Source: Raja brachyura | Taxonomy: Eukaryota | Assembly: GCA_963514005.1 (NCBI GenBank) | Contig: OY740781.1 | Coordinates: 143,840,001-143,904,000, forward strand | Length of the DNA stretch: 64,000 nt | Direction: 5' to 3' | The notes under the pieces: model-generated | The model's input: only the letters and a program-made list of their open reading frames with translations | What the model was told of the DNA's origin: nothing | Databases searched by the model: none | Part shown: positions 49,292 through 62,925 of the stretch, piece by piece | Layout: each line of letters opens with the position of its first letter | How positions within the stretch are numbered: position 1 is the stretch's first letter | Translations under genes and position numbers: made by a program

Positions 49292-50447
49292 GTACTTCAA
49301 GAGATCTACGAAAAACTAATGGCAAATGAACCGAGTCTTGGTTTATTATTGTCATGTGTACCAAAACTAGAACCAATTTAGAAAATTGGAGACTTGGTGC
49401 TTCATAGCAAACATGTTTGTACATTTTACATAAGAAATTTTCATAAGAAATGTATTTTGAACAAACATAACAGTATCCAATATAAATTGTGTTAGGTTTC
49501 TAAAAAAAGAATTACAGCATACAACTCCGGATCAAAAACATTTGATTCCATCCTGGAAATTTGACAAATTGTCCACGGCTTTCAATTTTTGGGATACCAC
49601 TGTACACCGTTTGAAACAATGCTGTCAATTGCAAATTGTTCCGATTTGTGAGCCCACACGTTGAGGCCGAGTACAAGTTGCACAATTTTAACCTGCAGAA
49701 TTTCTATTTAAACAACACTGATTTATTCAGTATGTGAAATGCGTGCACACACACACACGTGTAAAAGGAAAAATGGGTCAAGATAGCCCTCCCAAACACG
49801 CAATAAAATTAGCGTTTGTAAATGTATTATCTCCAAAAAATATACCTTACTCAAAATTATGCAGAGCTACTTTCACTATGATCAGAAGTTTACAGTGCCC
49901 AAAAAAACCATTTGGACCATACTGTCCAAAAATTGATAATTTGGGTTAATCACACTTTGTAGTGTTCCATCTCTACCACCTTTTCAGTCAAGTGGGAAAA
50001 ATATTGCCACACCTTGCCAACCCTTCTACTGATTCACAGGAGCTCGGGCATGTTACTTTGAATTTTATGTTGTAAGTCTCCGAATAGAGTGGTTTAGAGT
50101 TTCACGGAGGTCACATTGTGCAGAGTTCAAACCTTGTTCTTCAAAATTCGAATTCTGAAAGATTAATAAACCACCACTGGTTTTCATGTGTTCTGGTGAC
50201 AAGATTAAGACAAATGGGCACCAAACAAAACTCCAACATTTCGGCAGAACCCCATTAGATTTCATGAAGAAACTTCATCTATCTATAAATTGGAGTGATG
50301 GGATGTTTCGTCCAACACTGTCAATCCATATAGCAGGAGCTTTAATTCAGGTGATGGCTTGTAATGCAGACCTGGATTTATTTTTGGTAATTTTGACAAA
50401 TTATACTATTGCACAGGTTAGCTGCTTATTTCCGCTGGTTCAAGTAC

Positions 50448-50519
50448 TCAATGATTTATAATGCTTTCCAGATCAAAAAGTGTGTCGGCTTTTCTTCTCT
50501 GTGATGCCACTGTGCTGAG
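50448..50519 (-). CDS. SCLT1: SCLT1 last coding exon
   Basis: ttactgcag|CTC...CAT TGA. Encodes LSTVASQRRKADTLFDLESIINH*, resembling the SCLT1 C-terminus (QRRKA...LE.I). Confidence 0.9.
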   Translation of the reverse strand, partial: LSTVASQRRKADTLFDLESIINH

Positions 50520-51519
50520 CTGCAGTAAAACAAAATTCAAAGTCATAATCCAGGCTGTCCAAGTCTATTCTACTGACTATTCACGATTGTCAGCAGAGAA
50601 ACGAAAGATGACAGTGTTATTGAGTGATGTTTACTGAGGTTTTGGCAATATCTTTTTGCTCCATTTCTTATTCAATATAAAAAGGGTGAATTCCAAATGA
50701 GGATGAATGGCTGTTCTTGATGATGAGGCATCACTGATTGACTCAAGGGGTCTTGTAGAATAGAATGAGGAGCAAGGGAAAACTCCCTGCTACAAGAAGT
50801 CACATCTAACCCAAGAGGAAGGATGATCAATGACCACTGGAGATCCTTGGGGCAGCTTCATGAATACAACTGCTATGGCTGTTTCATTAATTACCTTCCT
50901 TTCATCATCACATAAGTAGGGTTGTCTACTAAAAGAACACCATTCTATTCCAGTGAAATTCCCCAATGACCATCTCTTGTAAGGGTAACACAGCTTTGAA
51001 ATCACTTCCCATCGTGTTCAGTGGCTCTGCCAGTGCTAGATCTTGACTATCAATATTCTCAGGATTATCAGAAACCAAAAGCTCAATTGGAACAGCTACA
51101 CATACTGTGGCTACAAGGATAAGGTTGCCGCTTTGATCATTCTTCCTTCTTTCCTTCACCCCAGCAGTGAACTTTAGCAGCAATGTACATAACCTGCCCC
51201 ATCCTGGATTGTGACAGACCATACTATACATAGGAAAGTGGGACAATAAGTTCTTTGTCTGAGAGAAGATCTTGGTTTATTATTGTCACGAGCACAGAGA
51301 TACAATGAAAAAAAATCATCTATGTACTATTTAGGCAAGTTATGCCATAGTGGAAAACAGGTAGTGCCAAAAAAAGCTTGAAATGTACATTGATAATTCC
51401 CGATACTCATCCTCTTCTCATAACCCTGCCAATTCTTTCCTTTCATGTACCGATACAATCTCTTCTCAACACAATTGATTCTGTCACCCATACCATCTGT
51501 TATTGCCACCCCAGTGAAT

Positions 51520-51785
51520 TACAGGCCCTTCGGCCTACTGATTCCATGCTGACCAGCGATCACCCCATACACTAGCACTATCCTACACACTAGCAACAAT
51601 TTACAATTTTTACCAAAGCTAATCAACATACAAACCTGTGTGTTTTTGGAGTGTAGGAGGTAATCTGACCACATGGAGTAAAGCCACATGACAAATGAAG
51701 AACATACAAACTCTGTACAGACTGCATGCGGAGTCAAGATTGAACCTGGGTCTCTGGTGCTGTAACAACTCTACTGCTGCACCAT
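51520..51785 (-). mobile_element. HE1-type V-SINE
   Basis: Reverse V-domain gaagaacatacaaactctgtacagac and head attgaacctgggtctctgg. Confidence 0.8.
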
Positions 51786-52843
51786 CCTGATATTTGAAGT
51801 AGACTCCAACATGAATATCCACATCTCATGTTCTTCGTCCCTGGAATCATTTTGGCAAATTTCTTCTGCACCCTCTCCTAAGCCTTCACGTCTTCCTTAA
51901 ATGTGGTGTCTGGAACTGATGACTAAACTTCAGATAAGGCAATGGCTGAACCAGTGTTACCTAAAAAATCACCTTGATTTGCTTGTTTTATTGAATACCT
52001 ACAAATAGGATTCCAGTTACAATTAAAACAAAATAAAATCTCTTCTTACAATTTATGTCATGTTCACACACCTTTAAATTATTCTTCTGAACAAGCAACT
52101 CTGGCTTCTATTTCTTAACTCTTATGGGAATGCATTAACACTATGGCTGAAATGGTGCCTCTGAAGGCTTCCCATCAGTCAATTAGTCTTGCAAAGCAGG
52201 TTTATTTCCAATTACCCAGGCTATATTTGTTCTCACACTGAAAGTGACCTTCCTCCAGTTGGCTATTTTTACCTTGGAGTACTCTGTATTATGCTGTGAT
52301 ATTATGATCACTGCTTCCCCCCCATTGATCCTTACTTCACCAGGCCCTGCTCACTTCCAAGGACCAACATTCCTATCAACTTCTTTGGGCCAGAAACATA
52401 CTGCTCTGAATACATTTAAGAAAGTACCTTCTTTTTGCCCATAATGCCATTTCTGAACCAGGTTAGAAATTGTATAGTTAAGTCACTGTGGCTTTTGTAT
52501 TTGTGAAATTCCCTACAAACTTGCTTCGTAATATCCTTTCCAGCAAGTAGCAGTCTGAAATAGTCTTAGTATAGTAGAATCTCCATTGTTTCTTAAAACA
52601 ACAAATACATTCTATCAATTATTCCAGAACACATTCTCTCTCTCTCTCTCTGTGCAATATCCTCCTCCATCGATGCCCAGGTTTACACTTGCCATTTCTA
52701 AAACCATTTGAAGCCAAAGAAGCTTCCAATGGCCATTTTCTCTGTAATTAATACTCTGTATTTATGGCACAAAAGGAGAAAACTTATTTTAAGTTTAAAG
52801 GACCACTGTTGTTAACCAGAGTATCTGATGAAGTGTCATTTAC

Positions 52844-52939
52844 CTTTTGGTAGGCTGTAGCTGCTCTGTGTTCAGAGTGAGTCAGCCGCCTTTGAAGTCT
52901 GTTAATGTTTTCCTGATTTTCCGACAGCTGTTTTTGATA
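52844..52939 (-). CDS. SCLT1: SCLT1 coding exon
   Basis: ggaacag|TAT...CAAAAG|gtaaat, 96 nt. Encodes YQKQLSENQENINRLQRRLTHSEHRAATAYQK. Confidence 0.92.
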
Positions 52940-54662
52940 CTGTTCCAAATAAAAATGGAAATGTGTAAAAGATGCATTTTTTCTAAGAAAGAAAAATGAA
53001 TCAAAAGGCTTTCATGATAAAAGATTTTAAAACCTTGTAAATTAATGTAATTTTTATTAAATATGAATGGAAAATGTAATAGATCCCAGCAGTAGAAGAA
53101 ATGGTGAATGAAAATATGGACCTTTCAGTATCAGTGTGAAAAAGGGATGGGGTTGAAGTTACAATTTGCTATAAATTATTGGATGATTTATGTTGATTAG
53201 CAATGTTTAAAAACTGGAAGAATTACCTACTCCCACACCGATACATAAAATACTCCCATACATAAAATCAATTTTTGGTCATGGCCACTTTTGGGTGAGT
53301 AATTCATATTATATAGACTCTTAATAGTAAATATTTATGGTCCTCATGTGCCACATTTCACTGGTGGCCCAGAATTCTGTTGTTCTAAATGCTTTAAAAG
53401 AAAAATAAATCCTCTCCATCTCTTCTTCCTCTTTATCCTTCAGTCTCATTCAATTATTGTCTCCATCTATTTATTGTTCTTTTTGTTTCGATGGTTCAGG
53501 AGTTAGGCTATTAGTTCCACCTTTAGTAGACCTGTTACATATAATCAATTTGCCTCCCTACAGTCAAATGGGGGGGGGGGGGGGGGGGGAGGGGAGAAAC
53601 AAAATGTTACAGTGAGGTAAAGATTCCAAACCGTAGCAAACACCATCAGATTCACTAATCCAGAAATGTTCGGGCCGAAATGTTTTCTTGTGGAGAAAGA
53701 TAGTTAACTTTTTCTTGTGGTATTGTAAACCACAATTCCCCAGCATTTGAATTGTAATATGACCTCAAAGGATTAGATGAACTGATGGCAAGTGTATACA
53801 TTAAATATCAATTCAACAAATATATTCATGAATCAAGTTAAAATAAAATAAAATTCTGATAACAGAAAAGGAGGAAGCTCTCCCAGCTCATACTACTTGT
53901 TCCTTCTGCTACAATAGCAAAATAAAGGCAATTAAGGATTAAAATTGCAGTAAAACATTTAGCATTTGAAGGGAAATTAAAAAGAACTACAGCAACAAGG
54001 AACCAGATGCTGGTTTACACAAAAATATACAAAGTACTGGAGAACAGCAGATGATTTGAAAGGAAAAAAAAGTTAACTTCTTCAATGTGTAGCCACAATG
54101 TATAAATAAGCACAATGCAAGGATTAAGGGCAATGTACCCACTCTTCTGCGCAAGGAGATGGATTCATTTTAAATACTGTCTGCAGATGTGGAGACACAA
54201 GTTGCTTAAGATCATACCATGTGAAAATGTTTAAATTCAAATTTATACCACCAGGTTCATATTTAAGTATCAAAGCTATGAACAACAGACTAGCGAACAA
54301 TAAATCGTGTAATGCTTAACATGTGCATACATAATTAGAAAATTACAGCCCTATCTCAGATGTTTCACTGTGAGTAATCTGCATTGATTGCTACTTATAT
54401 TGGGAATACCACTAATACCATTACAAGGGATAATTCAGGTTGTACAGACGATGAAAATGTATTTGCTGTACATGGATAATACACTTTTCTCAGTGGTTTT
54501 TAAAAGTTCAAATCTAGCTCAAAAAAGTTAAGACTATATTCAGGGGACATCAAATTATGTGGGTACCAAGCTTCAATTACAATGATCAATTCCAACTCTT
54601 AAATGAGGATGAAAAATAAATCTGCTATTGATTAGAGTTGTGATTTAGATCAATCACCTCAC

Positions 54663-54741
54663 CTCTGCCACTTTCTCATGTGTAACCTCCAGCTGGCAAA
54701 CCAATTCCTGGGAGTGCTGTTTTTGTCGACTGAGCTCTGTC
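54663..54741 (-). CDS. SCLT1: SCLT1 coding exon
   Basis: ttggcag|G ACA...GCAGAG|gtgagg, 79 nt. Encodes TELSRQKQHSQELVCQLEVTHEKVAE. Confidence 0.92.
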
Positions 54742-55761
54742 CTGCCAACAGAAGGAATGAAAGGAGTATTTAATGTGTATTACTTATCTCAGAAATTAAT
54801 ATTCCCAACCCATCTAGGCTACAATGAGAGTTTGAGATGATTATTATCACAACTTTAAAAAGAGTCAAATAACATAATTTGAAATATTTCAACTTTACGG
54901 AGATGAAAACAAAATGGAGTGCTGGTTTTATTTTCAGCATCTGCAATTCATCAACAAAATTTGGTTTGCTACCAATTATGTTAAAAAAGTAAAACACGCA
55001 AAATACACTTTGGGAGGTTTCATACAGACAGACACAAATACAGATTCATTGAAAAGATTGCAAAAAATTAATTGAATTCTAACTTCATGATATACACAAT
55101 TTAAAGAAATATTTAGCAGGAGATGTGCTTATGAATTAGAGCTTTCTGGTTGGGGACCAAATCCAAGCATTTATGACACAAATTCATATTCTATAAATTT
55201 TCTGATTGCATGCTCATAAAAATCTCACAAATAGGCTGGGATTGGGAGCAGTTGTTATGCAATATTTAAAGTTTTTTCACTAAGCAAGATCCTAAACTGC
55301 AAAATAGTTATTGATGAATGCAAAATTAAGAGCCCTAGAAAACTTCAGAAAAACAGAGAGAGAGAGATCCTAGCCAAGCGGGTGAATAGATAACTAATGT
55401 AGTTGAAAATAAAGTAGTATATTGAAAATGTTGGGAAAAGTAAAATTGCATTTTTAAACAGGAAAGTTATTTTTGTCTCAAAGCGAAAGTGCAGTTGAAA
55501 AGGCCACCTGGCAAATGATTTCAGACTGTGTGCGCAGGGATAGTGCTTACAGAAACTAGAAACCAGAACCATATTATGGCATAAGAGGCAACCATTCTAG
55601 TACTCAAGGCCATCTTGTTTCTTTGTTGTGCAATCAGGTCAGTTACACATTGGAAGCAACTGGTGCTCAGGTGATATATGTACAGTTTTAACATTGAAAT
55701 AAACTACTTAGAGTCCCTCCTCTTAACCTTTAAAAGGTCTAAGTAAGTATAATTCACTTAC

Positions 55762-55958
55762 TTCAGACTGTTTTGTTTAGTTTCAAAGGCTTCAGTTAGT
55801 TTCCTGGCTTCATCTCTCCACCGACTGGCTGCTTTCTGCTGTGCTGCTAATAAGTGTTTCAATTCAGTGTTGGAATTCCGATTGGTATCCTCCAGTTCCC
55901 TTAGTTGGATTTCGAATCCACGTTCCTTCAGAGAGCACTCATGTTCCAGAATGGCTAC
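55762..55958 (-). CDS. SCLT1: SCLT1 coding exon
   Basis: tgtgtag|GTA...CTGAA|gtaagt, 197 nt. Encodes VAILEHECSLKERGFEIQLRELEDTNRNSNTELKHLLAAQQKAASRWRDEARKLTEAFETKQNSL. Confidence 0.94.
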
Positions 55959-56429
55959 CTACACAAAACAAAATATAGACTAATTTTAGTATATTGCTGC
56001 CCCATGGGCATATATTTCTGGATGTAAAACAGTGCAAGGGCATGCAAGTACAACCTGAAGAGAGTTAGTGGGAGAAATCATTGCTGGAAAAAAAGTTGAG
56101 CAATGGAATTGTTTTGTGAGACACCATGGATTTGATGGGCTGAATGGCCTCTATTTTAAGGACATTGAAAATATGGCTTACTTGCCCAGTTCATCAGATT
56201 GAGCTAGTCAGTGCAAATTGCTAATCAGAGCAATTTGCAAATTTGATAGTGTTTATGCATTCAAAAATATTTTGGCCAAGACCAGCAGCAAAGGATTTAG
56301 AGTGGTTCCCAATTATGGGTGTCAAGCTGATGGAACCTTGGATGCTGGTGAATTGTTATCAAACATAAATGTGCATAATAATTCTCAGCTCTTCACCACT
56401 AATGATTCACATACAGGAAAAACTGAAAC

Positions 56430-56690
56430 GTACAGTGGTGCAGCTGGTAGAGCTGTTATCTCACATTCCTGGCCTCGGGTGCTCTGTGTGGAATTTGCAC
56501 ATTCTCCCTGTGACCATGTGGATTTCCTCCAACATCCCGAAGATGTGCAGTAGGTTAATTCGCCGCTGTAAATTGCCCCTAATGTTTAGGCAGTCGATAC
56601 AAAAATGGGATAACATAGAATGAGCGTGAACAGGATGGTTGGGGTGGATTTTGTAGTCTGAAGGGCCTGGTTCCACATTATATCTCTTAA
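56430..56690 (+). mobile_element. HE1-type V-SINE
   Basis: cagtggtgcagctggtagagct...tctgtgtggaatttgcacattctccctgtgacc. Confidence 0.8.
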
Positions 56691-56834
56691 CTTGCAGTAT
56701 CACACAGAAGATCATCAGAATGCATCTTTTCTAAATTTCAGAAAGGGGAAGTCATGATTACCAAAAATAACCAACCACATTGCTCAAACAATTTTGTCTT
56801 TACAAAAGACTGCCTGCACAGTTAATTTCCTTTC

Positions 56835-57120
56835 AGTTTAGTTTAGAGATACATCATGTAAACAGTCACTTTAGCCCACTGTCTATGCCGACCATCGATC
56901 ACTCGTTCATAGCGGTTCTACGTGACCCCACTTTTTCATCCACTCCGGGCAATTTACAGAGGCCAATTAACCTACAAACCCACATGTTTTATGGGATGTG
57001 GGAGGAAACCCATGTGGTCATAGGGATAATGTGCAAACCTCATACAACACCCGAGATCAGGAACGATCCCGGGTCTCTGGCACTGTGAGGCAGCAGTTTT
57101 AGCAGCTACACCATTGTGCC
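56835..57120 (-). mobile_element. HE1-type V-SINE, inverted partner of the 56430 copy
   Basis: ggccaattaacctacaaaccc...gatcccgggtctctggcactgtgaggcagc. Confidence 0.8.
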
Positions 57121-57364
57121 ACTCTTCATTTAGTTGGAGTGACAAATTAAATATTATCTCACCTAAATGTCTTTCATTAAATTAAGTGTTTGCTGATTGT
57201 GTTAGGAGACAGAAGACACAAGGCAAGTATTAAATATGCAAGCATACAATCTCATAAAAATGCATACACCTATTTAATATTTATAGTTTGACCAACGTGT
57301 GCTACTTGCATTGCCGTTTTAATTATATTATTCTGTTCCAATGTGACTATATATGGCTTACTCC

Positions 57365-57385
57365 GTGTGTGTGTGTGTGTGTGTG
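57365..57385. repeat. (GT)n microsatellite
   Basis: Direct reading. Confidence 0.95.
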
Positions 57386-58321
57386 CGCGCACGCAAGTGA
57401 TCCTACACACAAGCTTTGTTGAAATTCCCCCAACCTGGGGCACCTCTAAGGATTGTTTAATACTTTTAAAATAAAAAATATCCTCTGTAAATGAAGAACG
57501 AAGAAGTATTAGTGTTTCTTTCTATTCTTTCTATTTCTTTCTGTTTCCATCATATTCCGTTCTCTCCTATTGATAATAGATAAATCAATGTCTACAGAAG
57601 ACGTTTACTTATTGTTCCCGAGCTGCGTTGGTTACCACTTGAACAATTAAGAGCTCATCTTCGTGTCCTACTTGCATCCCATACCCTTGAATCTCAATGA
57701 CCGTGGAATGATTATCCAAATCCTGTTTGCATGGTCAATGATATCTTCTACTACTTACTGCCTAGTCCCAAGGTCTGGAACATTGTGCCAGAGATTTGAT
57801 TGTATCTTATCTTAAGAGCTGGGGAAATACAAATTGAAGTAATTAAATAAAAAAATTATTTAAAAAAGCCTCCGTGACTATAACTGTGAAACTTCTGGAT
57901 AAATGCCCATTCAGGGAAATAGATCTAGCACTTACTCAGTTTGACCTATGCACAACTCCAGATTAGCAATGCAATTGACTTAACTGTCTCCTAAGATCAA
58001 GAGGAATTAAGTGGCAGGATTGCTTGAGTTATCCACATTCTGTTAAATCTATTCAAAATAATTCAAGATTGTGTTTCTCATACGTTCAAATCATCTTTAT
58101 GTTCAGCTCAGAACGAAGTGATGCTATCAGGGGAATCACCCTCTCCAGTTCTTCTCCAACTCAGTTCATTAACTATTGATCTAAGCTGCTAGACTGCACT
58201 TAAATTACAACAAGACTTTCCCCAATATCTTGATGTTTTCCTCTACTTTTGCAGTAGTATATACTATTGGACGCTTTGCCATCTTAAAATATCTACAATT
58301 ATTTTTGTACAATCTCCATAC

Positions 58322-58514
58322 CTGTTGCTTTGCTTTCCTTTGAGTGTCCATGCTAACTTTCTTGAGTTCTTCCATCTCTTTATGAAATTGCTCATTTTCT
58401 CTTTGCAGCTTCAACCGCTCTTCACTGACCGTATCACAGTCGCTGCGAATGTTGTCCAGACTGCTCTGCAGTTTCTGGATCATTTCTTTGCACTGGGAAA
58501 TTTCCTCCTCGTGA
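58322..58514 (-). CDS. SCLT1: SCLT1 coding exon
   Basis: ttttatag|T CAC...CAACAG|gtatgg, 193 nt. Encodes HEEEISQCKEMIQKLQ...VSEERLKLQRENEQ...QRKAKQQ. Confidence 0.93.
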
Positions 58515-58724
58515 CTATAAAACAAGCACAATTAAATAGAATGTTAAGCACAATGACTCCTGTAATTACTGACAACCTTTACTGCGAATATGGAAATGTT
58601 ATTATTTGTCAATAACCATTCTTGAAAATTCACCCCAACTTTCTTCATGGAAATTAATAATTTGGGTTATCTCTTGAAAGATATCAGTACTTCAAGCCCG
58701 AGCACAAAATGACCAAACAATAAT

Positions 58725-59260
58725 AACCATATAACAATTACAGCACGGAAACAGGCCTTCTCGGCCCTTCCAGTCCGTGCCGACCATTCATTTTCCCCTA
58801 GTCCCATCTACCTGCACTCTGACCATACCCCTCCATTCCCTTCCCGTCCATATACCTATCCACTTTACTTTTAAATGTTAAAATCGATCCTGCCTCTACC
58901 ACCTCTGCAGGAAGATCATTCCACACAGCCACCACTCTCTGAGTAAAGAAGTACCCCCTCATGTTACCCCTAAACTTCTGTCCCTTAATTGTCATGCCCG
59001 CTTGTTTGAATCTTTCCTACCCTCAATGGGAAAAGCTTATCCACGTCAACTCTGTCTATCCCTTTCATCATTTTAAAGACCTCAATCAAGTCCCCCCTTA
59101 ACCTTCTGCGCTCCAAAGAATAAAGACCTAACTTGTTCAACCTTTCTCTGTAACTTAGTTGCTGGAACCCAGGCAACATTCTAGTAAATCTCCTCTGTAC
59201 TCTCTCTATTTTGTTGACATCCTTCCTATAATTAGGCGACCAAAATTGTACACCATAATA
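58725..59260 (-). mobile_element. Well-preserved CR1 3' fragment
   Basis: [56 protein letters not shown] and FFTQRVVAVWNDLP. Confidence 0.92.
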
Positions 59261-60219
59261 ATATATTTTTAATTGCAACACTGAGCTCCAGAGAAGAAGT
59301 TTTTAAGTTTTCCCTTTCCAATCCTCTCACTGAGGCACGAAAGAAAAATGTCATTGATTGCTCCTTAAGCCAACCAGCTACCTCTTCCCAACAACTTAAC
59401 CCTGGCCTATAGCACTTAGTGACAGGTGGTGTATTTAGTTTTAAAATAAACCAAGACATTGGAGAAAATTAGTCGCAACTCTGCCATTTTTCACACACAA
59501 CAATTACTTAGAGCAAAAGAATGTTTGTGTTCATTGACTATTTAGTGAAATATCAATCACGAATTGCATGGAGCTTGTAACCGTAATGACAAACTTTAAC
59601 ATGAGTGAATTCAACCTGAAACATTCAAGTTGAGGTCCAAATGTAAGTGCATAACATTCAAACAAATTATTCGGCGACTCATCAAGAACAAGCTAAATAT
59701 AGTACAGTCACAATGTTATTTAATAAGGACAATTTAATAAGGACAATTTTAAAAAATTGCAAACGCTTAAAATCTGATATAAAAAACAGAAAATGCTGGA
59801 TCTGGCAGGTCAGGGCAGCACTGTGGGAAGATATAAAGTTAATGTTTCAGGTGGAATGCTCCTTCATCAGAACTCTATATTGTTTTGATGAAACGTTTTC
59901 AACCAGAAATTTTACCACTGTTTCTCCTTTCACAGAAACTGTGCGATCTGCAACATTTTTTGTTTTTAGAATAAAATGAGAAATATCTGAATGGAAATGA
60001 GAAGACCTGGGGATAGACAAGTCAAATGGGAGAGGTATTAAAATCTTGTTTAGGTTTAGTATATTTTGGGGAGGTAGAACAAGTAAATATGACACTAGAT
60101 GACAACGTGAGTAATAATTGTTTTTAAAATAGAAGGGAACATATATAAACTAATAAAGGATGAAACTCTTGGTCTGATGAATTGCATCCACACAATTTTC
60201 GCTAATTAGGGAAGAGATA

Positions 60220-60510
60220 TTTAGTTTAATTTAGAGATATATCAAGGAACAGGCTGGCCCGCCGAGTCCATGCTGTCTTTTGATCACCCGTTCTCATTAA
60301 TTCTACAATATCCCACTTTCACATCCACTCCCTACACATTAGCGGTAATGGCCTATTAACCTACAAACCCACATGTCTTTAGGATGTTGGAGTAAACTGA
60401 ACCATCTGGAGGCAAGCTACATGGTCACGGAGAATGTGCAAACTTCAAAAAGGTCAGGATTGAACCCCGGGTCTCCTGCTTTGTGAGGCAATAGGTCTAC
60501 CAACTTTGCT
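60220..60510 (-). mobile_element. HE1-type V-SINE
   Basis: ggcctattaacctacaaaccc...ggtcaggattgaaccccgggtctc. Confidence 0.75.
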
Positions 60511-60659
60511 GTGTGATATTAGAAACATTACTACACATATTTAATAATTTATTAGAAAATATATGGTGTCAAGAGTGGTGGATGTCAAACTAATACCTCA
60601 TTTGAAGAAGCGGGAAATAACACATCCAGAGAACAAAAAACAAAAATTGTCAAGAATAT

Positions 60660-60835
60660 TTTGCAGATGACGCTAAAGAGGGTGGTATCATTGATAGTGA
60701 AGATGATTCTAAAGTTACAGCAGGCTCTTGATCAGCTGGGACAGCAGGCTGAGGAATGGCTAATGAGGTTTAATGCAGATAAGTGCGAAGTTTTTCATTT
60801 TGGCAAGTCAAACCAGGGCAGGACCTTCACTGTGA
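60660..60835 (+). mobile_element. CR1 RT fragment
   Basis: Remnants FADD.., LQQALDQLGQQAEEWLMRFNADKCEV. Confidence 0.75.
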
Positions 60836-61095
60836 ATCTTGCACAAAACACTACACACTGGAGGAACTCAGTGGGCCAGACAGCATATATAGAGCTAATG
60901 AACAAGCAATGTTTTAGATCAGAACCCTTCTTATGCTGCATCAGATTTACGAGAGTATTGACAAACATGGTACTTGGAAATGCGACTAGGATACTCCAGG
61001 TGCAGCCCTTTGCAATGTTGATGCTACCACATTATATTTTGAGATTGATAAACACTTATACCACAAGAAAAAGTAAGTTTGTAATCTGTTCTTAC

Positions 61096-61241
61096 TTCAT
61101 CTCGAGTTTCCTGATTTTGTTCTGTGCCGCCTGCAGACTAATTGCGACGTCATCTTTTGAACGTTCTGCATTCAGATATCGCAGGTGCAGTTCATCAATT
61201 TTTCTGCGATCTTCTTCATTGCCTGCACTGGTCCGATAAAT
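61096..61241 (-). CDS. SCLT1: SCLT1 coding exon
   Basis: ctattccag|ATT...ATGAA|gtaag on the minus strand, 146 nt. Encodes IYRTSAGNEEDRRKIDELHLRYLNAERSKDDVAISLQAAQNKIRKLEM, similar to SCLT1 (ERSKDD motif). Confidence 0.92.
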
Positions 61242-62594
61242 CTGGAATAGAGGTTTTGTTGTTAGAATTTAAAATCTGCTGGTAAACTTGGGATTTAAAA
61301 GAAAGCATCGGGGAAAAATTAAAATGATAAAACGAGTATGGATGTCTGAGTATCAATTCTCAATTGCTTCTCTATTTTAAAAACATAGAAACAGTTCAAT
61401 TTCAAATATGGATAACACTAGTGATATTCCTTCTAGCACCAGATGCATTAAAACCAGAATGTAATGGTAAAACATACTGGAGTAGATGACATCTGCTTTT
61501 GGAGAAACAGAGTGAATGGGCAAGATTTTACTGGAATGCTACGTCCAAGCTTAATGTGTCTGCTTGCAGAATGCCTACCCTGTTGCGCCGAAGTGTTCCA
61601 GACTCCAGTTGTGTCGAGCAACTCTAACCCAAAAAATGATTGAAATCTTTACTTTCACAATAGGCAAAACGTGCTGGCTGTCAGTCTTATGAAATGTCTC
61701 TAAATAACTCTGCATCATTACTGACAGATCTGAATGTCATAAAAATCAAAAGCTTTTAAACAAATATTCTAAAATTAGATTTATTAAAAAAAGAAAATGC
61801 AAACAATATTGAAATAATCAAAACATTTAAAAAACTTATCAGTTCAGTACCTTCTCTGTAAGCCCAATAATCCCCCAATAAGATCAGTGGGATCATTCAT
61901 CTACCCCTCTGCTGGGGAACCCTCAACAGGATGGTATTTCAGTACTAGGGAGCTAAATTAATCAAACATTGAGAGATATGGCAGCTGTATCTGCCAAATT
62001 ACTTCAGGACTTTTGCATTTAATACATATGCGAAGAAGCTCCCTACACACTGGCATTTAACAGCATATCCAAGCGAAGTCTTCTAATTAATCCTTCTCCA
62101 CTGGTGCAGCCAACTCTGCTGAGTTTTCCAGCATTTTCAGTTTTGTTCCAGTTTTCCAACACATAATTCTGCTTTAATCTGTGTTTCCATAATACAAATT
62201 GGTTATGTGACCAACGAATGAGAGACCGGGAACTGGAGACTGCTTAAAAATTACTTTAGAAGCTTTACAAATAATGATTGTACTAGTCTTAACTGATTCC
62301 AGGTGAAATATGTGCATGGATTGCCAGAGTGTTGTAGGATAGCGGCAAATAAATGATAGAATTGTTGTATCTCCTGCTGATCACAATTTAGTGATACTTA
62401 GAGAATATAAACAAATGATTGAGTATCTTGATGAGTAAGCAACTAATATCAGCACCTTTATCTTCTCCAAGTTGCTCAGTGTTTTAATTTGGGCAAGTAT
62501 TACCAGTTCTTTACCTGTCACTTGGTCAATGTCGTGGAATTTTCCCACTCAATGGCACCAGGATGCCATCGTAGTTCTTCATTACTAGATCGTG

Positions 62595-62925
62595 AAAGGA
62601 ATAGATCGGGTAAAAGTCTTCTTGCCCAGAGTCGTGGAATCGAGCACAGAGCAATGTGGCTAGGGTGGAAAGTTTTCATAGGAACCTAAGGAGTAACTTC
62701 TTTTTCACACAAAAGGGAAATGAGTGTATGGAATGAGCTGCCGGAGGTGGTATTTGAGGCAGAACTATGATAAAGTTTAAGACATTTGGACAGGTACATA
62801 GTTGGGATAGGTTTGGAGGGATATGGGCCAAGGTGGAAATAATGTAGATTGGGCACAGTTGTTGGTGTTGTCAAGTTGGGCTAAACGGTCTATATCTACG
62901 CTGTATGACCCCTTTACTCTATGAC
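62595..62925 (+). mobile_element. CR1 3' fragment
   Basis: tggaatgagctgccggaggtgg...catttggacaggtacat...tail. Confidence 0.75.

Noticed and set aside
60661-61239. 192-aa plus-strand ORF
   Set aside because: A chimera of a CR1 fragment, a Penelope remnant and the antisense of an SCLT1 exon.
62455-62520. Possible further SCLT1 exon on the minus strand (GKELVILAQIKTLSNLEKIK)
   Set aside because: No convincing match to the expected upstream SCLT1 sequence. The next exon probably lies beyond the window.
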